DNA of 44,962 nt from positions 1 to 44,962 of the forward strand of contig JBHICV010000003.1 of the NCBI GenBank assembly GCA_046759765.1, read 5' to 3'. A program made the position numbers and the translations under genes. Source of the DNA: Acidimicrobiia bacterium (GTDB lineage: Bacteria; Actinomycetota; Acidimicrobiia; Spongiisociales; CAZKJJ01). Below the pieces are notes generated by a model. It worked only from the letters and a program-made list of their open reading frames with translations. It did not search any database and was not told the origin of the DNA. This document shows positions 8,111-15,953 of this stretch, one piece after another (position 1 is the stretch's first letter; every line of letters begins with the position of its first letter).

Positions 8111-9352
8111 ATGCCATCCGTCTACAACTGGCAGCTCGGCAGGGAAATGGCCTACCGGTTCGAGGGTGGGCAGCCGGAGTGGCAGTTCGCTGCCATCTTC
8201 AACATCAACCGATGTCTGGCCTGTCAGACCTGCACACTGGCCTGCAAGTCCACCTGGACCTTCTCCCAGGGCCAGGAGGACATGTGGTGGAACAACGTCG
8301 AGACCAAGCCTTATGGCGGCTATCCCCATTACTGGGACGTCAAGACCCTCGAACTGGTCGAGCGGGCCAATCCCGGAGGTCAGTCGTGGGACGGGACCGA
8401 AACGGCCGCCTCCCCCTACGGGACCTTCGAGGGAGCCACGATCTACGAAGCGGCCCAGCTCGCCGGTCAAGGCGAGCAGGCCGTCGGATACCTGCCCACC
8501 GAAGAGGAGTGGACTTCTCCCAACATCCACGAGGACTCACCGGTGGCGGGAGCCCCACTCGCCGAGGGCGCGGTGTTGCCGGAGCACCAAACCTGGTTTT
8601 TCTACCTACAGCGAATCTGCAACCACTGCTCGTACCCGGCGTGCCTCTCAGCCTGTCCCCGCAACGCTATCTACAAGCGTCCCGAAGACGGGATCGTTCT
8701 GATCGACCAGGAGCGCTGCCGGGGCTACCGGAAGTGCGTCGAGCAGTGCCCATACAAGAAGCCGATGTATCGACCCGACACCCGAACCTCGGAGAAGTGC
8801 ATCGCCTGCTACCCGCGCGTGGAAGGAAGCGATCCGCTCTCGGGGGGACAGCCGATGGAGACTCGCTGCATGAGTGTCTGTCCGGGTCAGATTCGACTCC
8901 AAGGGCTGGTCCAGACCGAAGCCGACGGGAGCTGGACGCCCGATGAGACCAACCCGCTGTACTACCTGGTCCACACCGAAAAGATGGCGGTCCCGCTCTA
9001 TCCCCAGTTCGGCACCCAGCCCAACGTCTACTACATACCCCCGCGCTGGGTGCCCAGGCCCTACCTACAACAGATGTTCGGTCCGGGTGTAGACCGCGCC
9101 ATCGAGGCGTACCGGCGTCCGTCCCGCACCGCGCAGGCGGTCCTTCAGCTCTTCCGGGCCTCGCAGTCGATCGTCTTCTCATTCGAGGTGATAGAAGGCC
9201 TCAAGGTTTTCGAGATCAACATCGACGGCCAGCCGCTCGAAGTGTTCAACGACACGATCGTCGGATACGGACGGGACGGCTCGGAGATCGTCCGCACCAC
9301 GGTGGTGGAGGAGCAGTACGAGCGCCCGAACCAGTTCCTCAATTCGATCTGA
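8111..9352 (+). CDS. nxrB: Fe-S beta subunit (NxrB/NarH family)
   Basis: True start MPSVYNWQLGR at 8111; four cluster motifs CLACQTCTLAC, CNHCSYPACLSACP, CRGYRKCVEQCP, CIAC...CMSVCP; WWNNVETKPYGG. Confidence 0.92.
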   Translation: MPSVYNWQLGREMAYRFEGGQPEWQFAAIFNINRCLACQTCTLACKSTWTFSQGQEDMWWNNVETKPYGGYPHYWDVKTLELVERANPGGQSWDGTETAASPYGTFEGATIYEAAQLAGQGEQAVGYLPTEEEWTSPNIHEDSPVAGAPLAEGAVLPEHQTWFFYLQRICNHCSYPACLSACPRNAIYKRPEDGIVLIDQERCRGYRKCVEQCPYKKPMYRPDTRTSEKCIACYPRVEGSDPLSGGQPMETRCMSVCPGQIRLQGLVQTEADGSWTPDETNPLYYLVHTEKMAVPLYPQFGTQPNVYYIPPRWVPRPYLQQMFGPGVDRAIEAYRRPSRTAQAVLQLFRASQSIVFSFEVIEGLKVFEINIDGQPLEVFNDTIVGYGRDGSEIVRTTVVEEQYERPNQFLNSI

Positions 9353-9361
9353 GGAGGCGAG

Positions 9362-10123
9362 ATGGCAACGACCGCAGAGGAGAGAGCCCTCGCAAGAGCG
9401 ACCTTCTACCGCGCACTCGCCCTGGCTTTCTCCTATCCCACCCCGGAGGTGACTGCGGAGATCCGGGAGGCTTTCACGACGGCCGCCGTCGCCGCAGAGC
9501 TGATAGACGAGTCGACTCGCGCCAGTGTCACAAGGGCCCGGGCAGCCCTCGAGCCGCTCCGACCAGCCGACCTCGAGAAGGCATACCAGCAGACATTCAC
9601 CCTGAGCTATTCGGAGGACTGCCCGCTGTACGAGACGGCGTTCTCCGCCCGCCACCTCTTTCAGCAGGCACAGCAACAGGCCGACCTGGCTGGGACCTAT
9701 CAGGCATTCGGCGTCAGAGGCCGAATCGAGCGACCGGACCACCTCGCGGTCGAGCTGGAGTTCTCCTACCTCTTGGCTCTTAAGGAAGCTCGGGCCCGCC
9801 ACGAGCAGGAGGGCGATCACATCCAGATCTGCCGGGACGCCTCTCGGGCCTTTCTCCGCCAGCACCTGGCACGGTGGGCTCCGCTGGTCGGCCGGCGGGT
9901 TGCAGTCACGGGCGCCGGCACCTGGTACGAGGTCGCGGCCCGTGCCCTGGAGACGTTCGTCGCCTGGGAGCAGCGCTTTCTCCGCGTTGGGGCGATCGAG
10001 ATGTTTCGAGACGAACCGATCATCATTGCCGAGGAGCCGGGCGAGATGACGTGCCCGGTGGCAGAGGAGGCCTTCGCGGAGCTCCTCGATTCGCCGTGGA
10101 AGGAACACGACCGTGTCTCCTAG
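9362..10123 (+). CDS. TorD/DmsD-family maturation chaperone
   Basis: CPLYET, ERPDHLAVELEF and FLRQHLARW motifs; GAGGAGG RBS. Confidence 0.9.
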   Translation: MATTAEERALARATFYRALALAFSYPTPEVTAEIREAFTTAAVAAELIDESTRASVTRARAALEPLRPADLEKAYQQTFTLSYSEDCPLYETAFSARHLFQQAQQQADLAGTYQAFGVRGRIERPDHLAVELEFSYLLALKEARARHEQEGDHIQICRDASRAFLRQHLARWAPLVGRRVAVTGAGTWYEVAARALETFVAWEQRFLRVGAIEMFRDEPIIIAEEPGEMTCPVAEEAFAELLDSPWKEHDRVS

Positions 10124-11153
10124 CTCGCTCCGCAAATCCAATTGGATCCGGTCGGTCGCGGCGGTACTAGTCGGGCTGGCCCTCGGCCTGTTACAGGTCA
10201 TTCCGGTGCGGTCGCAGACCCTCCATCTCGAGGCGCTCCGGACTACGGAGCCGGTCCCCATTGATCGACCCTGGGCGGATATCTGGGACAGAGCGGCGAG
10301 TCAGGAAGTTCCGCTCTCCGCGCAAAACGTCGCCCCGCCTTTCGGAGGAGGTGGCGTGTCGTCGGTGGTGGCCCGCGCTCTCTACGACGATGATCGCATC
10401 TACCTGTTGATGGAGTGGGCGGACAACGATGTTGACGACGCCGTCAACGGAATCGCGCTGTACTCAGACGCGGCCGCCGTTCAGTTCCCGGCTATCCCGG
10501 GAACAGCTCCTCCATACACGATGGGAGCTCCGGATGTCCCGGTGAACATCTGGCAATGGAAGGCGGTCTGGCAGGCCGATCTGGATTCCGGTTACGCCAC
10601 GACTCAGGATCGCTTCCCCGATTCCTACGTCGACTATTACCAAGGCGGCGACGACCCCCTCTACCGGCCGGCCGAGGCGGTCGGTAACCCGCTGGCGCAG
10701 CGATCACGTGGCTCTCCGATCGAGAACCTCCTGGCTGAGGGCTTCGGTTCGCTGACGACTGCGCCCACCCAGGACGTAGACGGATCGGGTGCCTGGCAGT
10801 CGGGGCGATGGCGGGCCCTTTTCGTTAGAGGGCTTGCTGCTGGAGAGGAGGGCTACGCTCGCTTCTCGGCCGGCGAGCCGACTCTGGTGGCGTTCGCGGT
10901 CTGGGATGGGGGGGCCGGCGATCGCAACGGCGAGAAGTCGATTGCTCCCTTCATTGACCTGACGCTCACCGACGCGACTATCGGCACTCCCGGGGTTCCC
11001 CCGACGGCAGGGGGCTCGCCGTGGCTGTTGGTAGGGGCGTTGCTGATCATCATGCTGGTCGCAGCGAGGCTTGCAACCTTCGGCAGGTCGGGCTCCGCTC
11101 GCGTGGAGGAGGCGAACGAAGTCCCAACCGGAGCTGACGGGTCAGCCAGATGA
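10113..11153 (+). CDS. nxrC: Heme-b gamma subunit (ethylbenzene dehydrogenase gamma/NxrC-like) with C-terminal TM anchor
   Basis: N-terminal signal peptide; YSDAAAVQFP, TMG (Met ligand), VNIWQWKA, EGFGSLT, AFAVWDG..GDRNGEKS (Lys ligand); hydrophobic WLLVGALLIIMLVAA near the C-terminus. Confidence 0.85.
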   Translation: MSPSSLRKSNWIRSVAAVLVGLALGLLQVIPVRSQTLHLEALRTTEPVPIDRPWADIWDRAASQEVPLSAQNVAPPFGGGGVSSVVARALYDDDRIYLLMEWADNDVDDAVNGIALYSDAAAVQFPAIPGTAPPYTMGAPDVPVNIWQWKAVWQADLDSGYATTQDRFPDSYVDYYQGGDDPLYRPAEAVGNPLAQRSRGSPIENLLAEGFGSLTTAPTQDVDGSGAWQSGRWRALFVRGLAAGEEGYARFSAGEPTLVAFAVWDGGAGDRNGEKSIAPFIDLTLTDATIGTPGVPPTAGGSPWLLVGALLIIMLVAARLATFGRSGSARVEEANEVPTGADGSAR

Positions 11154-11178
11154 CGCAATAAGCAGCTGCGCGTGTAAA

Positions 11179-11197
11179 GTAGCGCTCCCAGCGCCAC
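11179..11197. promoter_or_regulatory. Imperfect inverted repeat, candidate antitoxin operator
   Basis: GTAGCGCT-CCC-AGCGCCAC, 10 nt upstream of the antitoxin ATG. Confidence 0.35.
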
Positions 11198-11207
11198 TCT
11201 GACGACA

Positions 11208-11450
11208 ATGGCAACTATTCAGATTCGCAACGTGCCGGAGGACGTTCACCGGGTTTACCAGCTCCGGGCCGCCGCTGCCGGCCAGAGCCTACAGGAATAC
11301 CTGCGGTCGGAGCTGATTGCGAACGCCCGAACCGCGGCGCCTGCAGAAATCGTGGCTGAGGTCGAGTCCAAACTCCGAGAGGAGGAGGGAGAGGGCTTCG
11401 CGGGGATCTCGTCGGCGCCGTTCGTTGACGAGGATCGGGAGTCGCATTGA
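11208..11450 (+). CDS. vapB: FitA-like ribbon-helix-helix antitoxin (VapB)
   Basis: MATIQIRNVPEDVH...RAAAAGQSLQEYLR; overlaps the PIN gene start. Confidence 0.88.
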   Translation: MATIQIRNVPEDVHRVYQLRAAAAGQSLQEYLRSELIANARTAAPAEIVAEVESKLREEEGEGFAGISSAPFVDEDRESH

Positions 11451-11863
11451 GGGTTTACGACGCTTCGGCAGTGGTGGACGCGCTGGTGTCCAAGTCGTGG
11501 ACGGGTGTCCGGGCCCGCAGGCTGCTCGCAGCCGAGCCCGCCATACGCGCGCCGGAGGTACTTTCGGCCGAGGTGGGATCAACTCTTAGGCGGATGTGGC
11601 GGGAGGGTCTGATCGCCCACTTCAGGGCCCGCGCCGCTCTGTATCAGATGAGGCGGCTGCGAGTGGTTCGGTATCCGTTCGAGCCTTTCGCCGAGCGGAT
11701 CTGGGAGCTGAGGGAGAGACTGTCGCCATACATGGCCTGGTACGTGGCCTTGGCGGAGCGGCTCGACGTCCCTTTGGTCACGGCCGACCAGCGTCTTGCC
11801 CGGGTTTCGGGGCTCGACTGTCCGATCGAGGTGTTACCGGCCGAGCCGCTCGTTGTCACGTGA
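11447..11863 (+). CDS. vapC: PIN-domain VapC toxin, one catalytic Asp substituted
   Basis: VYDASAVV, AEV and YVALAERLDVPLVTADQRL; YMAW where YDA is expected. Confidence 0.88.
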   Translation: MRVYDASAVVDALVSKSWTGVRARRLLAAEPAIRAPEVLSAEVGSTLRRMWREGLIAHFRARAALYQMRRLRVVRYPFEPFAERIWELRERLSPYMAWYVALAERLDVPLVTADQRLARVSGLDCPIEVLPAEPLVVT

Positions 11864-11945
11864 ATCATCACGGAGGGGAGGATCAACTGAAGACGGTGGT
11901 GACGGGAGGAAAAGCACCTGTGCGTGACTGGATGCGGAGCGGCTG

Positions 11946-13163
11946 ATGGAGACATCGAACGACATCTTTGCCAAGGCAAGCGCCTTCACCAGGGCGCAGA
12001 GCGCGAAGGCGGAAGGCTGGTATCCCTACTTTCAACCGATCTCCTCCGGGGCCGACGCCGAAGTGACGATTCGCGGCCGCAAGGTCGTCATGATTGGGTC
12101 GAACAACTACCTCGGGCTTACCCAGCACCCATATGTGATCGAGATGGCACAGAAGGCGATCTCGGACTACGGCAGCGGATGCACCGGCTCCCGATTCCTC
12201 AACGGCAACCTCGAGCTGCACGAGGAGCTCGAAGAGCGTCTAGCGCGGTTCATGGACAAGCCCGCCTGCCTCGTGTTCTCTACCGGCTACCAGACGAATC
12301 TGGGAACGATCGACGCGCTCGCGGGACGCCACGATCGGGTTCTTTCCGACGCTATGAACCACGCCAGCATCTTTGATGCCAATCGCCTCTCGTTCGCGAA
12401 GGCCGTCAAATACCGGCACAACGATCTGAGCGACCTCGAGCGCCTTCTAAAGGAGGACAATGGACTCGGAGGGACGCTGGTCGTCACCGACGGCGTGTTC
12501 TCGATGGAGGGCGACCTCGCCGAGTTGCAGGGAATGTCCGGCCTCCGAGACCAATACGGCTTCCGTCTCATGGTGGACGACGCGCACGGCGTCGGCGTCA
12601 TGGGCGCTAATGGGCGGGGAACGGCCGAGCACTTCAGAGTCGAGAAAGCAGCGGACATCATCATGGGCACTTTCTCCAAGTCGCTTGCTTCGATCGGTGG
12701 TTTCATCGTTTCTGACGCCCACGTCATCGACTATGTGAAGCATCACAGCCGGGCTCTCATCTTCTCGGCGAGCCCCCCTCCTGCGGCCGTGGCGGCGGTG
12801 ATCGCCGCGCTCGACATCATCGAAGCAGAGCCCGAGCGAAGGCAGCGGCTATGGGAGAACGTAAACAAGATGCGCGACGGTTACAGGCAGATCGGGCTCG
12901 ATGTCGGTCCTTCCGAGACCCCGGTCATCCCCCTGGTCATCGGCGAGGAGGGTCACACGTTCTACTTCTGGAACGCGCTCTTCGAGGCGGGCATCTTCAC
13001 TAATCCGATAGTGCCGCCGGCGGTCCCACAGGGTAAATGCTTGCTGCGAACTTCGTACATGGCCACACACACGACCGAGATGCTCGACCATGTTCTCGAC
13101 GTGGTGGCTGCCACCGCGGACCGGGTCGGACTGACCAAGACCGCAGCCTCGCCCGCGCTCTGA
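11946..13163 (+). CDS. spt: Alpha-oxoamine synthase, probable serine palmitoyltransferase
   Basis: GSNNYLGL, GCTGSRFLNG, STGYQTNLG, DGVFSMEGD, DDAHG and GTFSKS (PLP Lys); adjacent to a bCerS-like gene. Confidence 0.75.
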   Translation: METSNDIFAKASAFTRAQSAKAEGWYPYFQPISSGADAEVTIRGRKVVMIGSNNYLGLTQHPYVIEMAQKAISDYGSGCTGSRFLNGNLELHEELEERLARFMDKPACLVFSTGYQTNLGTIDALAGRHDRVLSDAMNHASIFDANRLSFAKAVKYRHNDLSDLERLLKEDNGLGGTLVVTDGVFSMEGDLAELQGMSGLRDQYGFRLMVDDAHGVGVMGANGRGTAEHFRVEKAADIIMGTFSKSLASIGGFIVSDAHVIDYVKHHSRALIFSASPPPAAVAAVIAALDIIEAEPERRQRLWENVNKMRDGYRQIGLDVGPSETPVIPLVIGEEGHTFYFWNALFEAGIFTNPIVPPAVPQGKCLLRTSYMATHTTEMLDHVLDVVAATADRVGLTKTAASPAL

Positions 13164-13166
13164 GGC

Positions 13167-14288
13167 ATGACCGTCCGGGTCGAAGCGGTTACCTCCCGCA
13201 GCGACCTGCGCGACTTCCAGCTGGTGCCCTGGATGGTATATCGGGGAGTATCCCAATGGGTACCACCGCTGCTTACGGAGGAGAGAAAGCTCCTCGATCC
13301 CGCCAAGGGCCATCCGTTTCACGAGCACGCCGATACTGCGCTGTTCTTGGCTCGCCGCAACCGTGACATAACAGGGCGGATAGCCGCCTGCGTCAATCAT
13401 CGCCACAACGAGTTCCACGACGACAGAATCGGATTCTTTGGATTCTTCGAGACCCTGGACGACCAGGAGACGGCGGATGGCCTCCTCGACGTCGCCGGTG
13501 AGTGGCTCTCGAATCGAGGGATGAGTGACATGCGCGGCCCCGCCTCCTACTCAGTGAACGAGACCTGTGCACTGCTGGTCGAAGGCTTCGACAGCCCACC
13601 CGTCATCCTCATGTCCTACAACCCGGCCTACTACGTGGACTTGCTCGAGAAAGCAGGTTTCGCGTCAGTGCAGGAGATGGTGGCCTACCGGATCCACGAG
13701 GCGGAAATCGGCCGGCGCGACGATCTCGCCACATTCGCCGCGCGGATGAAGGAGCGACGGGGGATCCAAGTCCGCACGGCAGATCTAAAGAACCTAAAAG
13801 CCGAGCTGGGACCGGTCCGTCGGATCTACAACGAGGCCTGGGCCGAAAACTGGGGTGCCGTGCCGATGACCACCGCCGAGATCGAGCACCTGGCCAAGAG
13901 CCTCAAACCTCTCTTGAAAGACGGCCTGGCGCTGATTGCTGAAGTCGATGGCGACGCTATCGGCTTCGCTCTATCAGTTCCAGACATCAACCGGGCTATT
14001 CACGGCGTGAACGGCCGGCTCCTCCCGTTCGGGATCTTCAAGCTGCTGTGGGAGGAGCGCAAAATCGACAGTGTGCGGACGTTGGCGCTGGGCATCATTC
14101 CCGAATACCGGCGCAAGGGTGTGGATGCCGTGCTTCTGGACGAGATGATCCGGGGGGCGACCTCGGCGGGCTACTACTCCTCCGAGATGGGCTGGGTGCT
14201 TGAAGGAAACCAGGCCATGCGCCAACCGTTGGAGCGCTTGGGCGCCGAGATCGTGAAACGCTATCGCTTCTACGAGCGACCGCTCTGA
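13167..14288 (+). CDS. Two-domain GNAT N-acyltransferase, bacterial ceramide synthase-like
   Basis: PW.VY....WVPPL..E...LDP...PF.EH, GRIAA, GFFGFFE, YNPAYY, YNEAWAENWG and SEMGWVLEGN; 3 nt after spt. Confidence 0.75.
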   Translation: MTVRVEAVTSRSDLRDFQLVPWMVYRGVSQWVPPLLTEERKLLDPAKGHPFHEHADTALFLARRNRDITGRIAACVNHRHNEFHDDRIGFFGFFETLDDQETADGLLDVAGEWLSNRGMSDMRGPASYSVNETCALLVEGFDSPPVILMSYNPAYYVDLLEKAGFASVQEMVAYRIHEAEIGRRDDLATFAARMKERRGIQVRTADLKNLKAELGPVRRIYNEAWAENWGAVPMTTAEIEHLAKSLKPLLKDGLALIAEVDGDAIGFALSVPDINRAIHGVNGRLLPFGIFKLLWEERKIDSVRTLALGIIPEYRRKGVDAVLLDEMIRGATSAGYYSSEMGWVLEGNQAMRQPLERLGAEIVKRYRFYERPL

Positions 14289-14304
14289 GGCAGGGAGGCC
14301 CTTC

Positions 14305-15054
14305 ATCAGCGAGGGTCTGCGTCGCCTGAGGACCGGCGTCCCGCTGGCCGTCGCCGGTGTGGCAGTCGTCGTCATCGGGCAGGTGGCCACTCTGGCGTTC
14401 GTCGGTGGACTGTCGGCGGGCGCCGGCGTCGAGGCGGGCAGGTTGCTATCTAAGTCGCGACCGGCTTTGTTAGTCGGCGCGGTTCCCCTAGCCGGAGCGA
14501 TCCTGGGCTTCCTTGTTGGGCTTTGGGCCATTCCGATTGCCTTTCTGGCTTGGTGGCTGGCGGTGACCCAGCCTCGAGAAGCCTGGGCGCGCGCGGCTGT
14601 TCTCGCTCTTTTGGTAGGAGGGGGAGCGGCCGCATTGGGTCATCTACTAACCGTCGACAGGTGGCGAGAGTGGCTAATAGTGCTCGCCGTTTCGGTGTTT
14701 GGAGGTGAGTCGGCAGCCTGGCTGATCGGCTCGAAGTTGGGACGGCACCGCCTGGCGCCGAAGCTCAGTCCCCGGAAGACGTGGGAGGGAGCTGCCGCGC
14801 AGGCTCTTTTCGGTCTGGCTACCGGACTGGTGGCGACTATCTGGATCCCTCTCGGGGAGGCGATCCTGCTGGGACTTGCGGGAGGAGTGGCCGGCCAGAT
14901 CGGTGACCTGGCGGAGAGCTGGTGCAAGCGTAAGGCCGGAGCGATCGATTCCGGGACAACCTTCGGTGCGCAGGGGGGCTTCCTCGACCTGATAGACGGT
15001 TTCCTGGGGTCAGGCTTGGCGGTCGCAGCCCTCGCCCCGATCCTGACTGGGTAG
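14305..15054 (+). CDS. Phosphatidate cytidylyltransferase (CdsA) family membrane protein with divergent signature
   Basis: LAPKLSPRKTWEG and GDLAESWCKR...DSG...GGFLD.ID. Start is either ATC 14305 (GGGAGG 6 nt upstream) or GTG 14359. Confidence 0.8.
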   Translation: MSEGLRRLRTGVPLAVAGVAVVVIGQVATLAFVGGLSAGAGVEAGRLLSKSRPALLVGAVPLAGAILGFLVGLWAIPIAFLAWWLAVTQPREAWARAAVLALLVGGGAAALGHLLTVDRWREWLIVLAVSVFGGESAAWLIGSKLGRHRLAPKLSPRKTWEGAAAQALFGLATGLVATIWIPLGEAILLGLAGGVAGQIGDLAESWCKRKAGAIDSGTTFGAQGGFLDLIDGFLGSGLAVAALAPILTG

Positions 15055-15057
15055 TCG

Positions 15058-15858
15058 TCAGCCGCCGCCTTCCCAGAAGATGAGGACGTCGAGATCGTCG
15101 TTCAGGGAATGAAAGCTATGAGCCAGCGTGGCCGGCACGAACATGACCGAGTCGGGACCGATCTCTAGATCAAAGTCCTCCACCCTGAACGTCCCCCGAC
15201 CGGACACGACAAAGTTGATCTCGTCGAATGTGTGGATGAGAGGATCGTCACCTCCGACTGACGCCGGGAGTCGATAGAGGCCGAACCGAAGGGTGGGAGC
15301 GCTCAGGAACACGTTCCACGTGTTACGGCTGGGCGCACCGGTCGTCAGCTCAGACAGCTGGAAGGCTTCGGTTGTCTTTGCCTCGGCGTCGGTAGGCGTA
15401 GAGGAGAACAACACGACCGTCCGCAAGTCATCCGTGATCGGCTCGAAACGATGCTCGACTCCGGCGCGGACGTACACAATGGATCCCGGAGAGACCGGTA
15501 TGGGCTCGTCCTGCACCACAAGCTGGGCCTCTCCCTCCACTATGTAATACACCTCGTCCTGTCCGTGAGGCGACTGGGTGTCTGAGGCAGCGGACGGGAG
15601 CGAGTAGACCCCCACGCTCATCGTCGGAACGTCGAGAAACTCTGAGTATCGACCGACAGATTCCTGCATCAGGTCCGGGAGGTCCCAGAACTTGAACCCG
15701 GGCAGCTGTGCCTCAGATGTAGGAGCTGCGGACGGCACCGAGGTCTCCGAGCTGGTCGTGGCGGCCTCCGACGGTAGCGGGAGGTCCGTCGGGGTGGTTA
15801 CACCCGCACAAGCGGCGAGCCCCACCAGGATGGCTATGCCGGCGAGCCGCCGATTCAT
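15058..15858 (-). CDS. Lipoprotein with two cupin domains
   Basis: Lipobox LAAC; PHGQDEVYY...VEHRF and IHTFDEINF...LAHSF. Confidence 0.85.
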   Translation of the reverse strand: MNRRLAGIAILVGLAACAGVTTPTDLPLPSEAATTSSETSVPSAAPTSEAQLPGFKFWDLPDLMQESVGRYSEFLDVPTMSVGVYSLPSAASDTQSPHGQDEVYYIVEGEAQLVVQDEPIPVSPGSIVYVRAGVEHRFEPITDDLRTVVLFSSTPTDAEAKTTEAFQLSELTTGAPSRNTWNVFLSAPTLRFGLYRLPASVGGDDPLIHTFDEINFVVSGRGTFRVEDFDLEIGPDSVMFVPATLAHSFHSLNDDLDVLIFWEGGG

Positions 15859-15953
15859 GAAGCGAGAAGGTAGCTCCGTTCTTCATGTAGTTGCCGAGCC
15901 CGGAAATTCAGGGTCTGATAGTTGTAACACGGCCTAGAGTCCTTTGCCGGCTC

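Noticed and set aside
3282-11900. Recently acquired genomic island or mobile element
   Set aside because: No integrase, transposase, tRNA or flanking direct repeats seen; composition looks like the neighbouring genes by eye
11946-13163. BioF or Kbl annotation
   Set aside because: No biotin or tdh genes nearby; GCTGSRFLNG/STGYQTNLG and the adjacent ceramide-synthase-like GNAT favour Spt, though this is not proven
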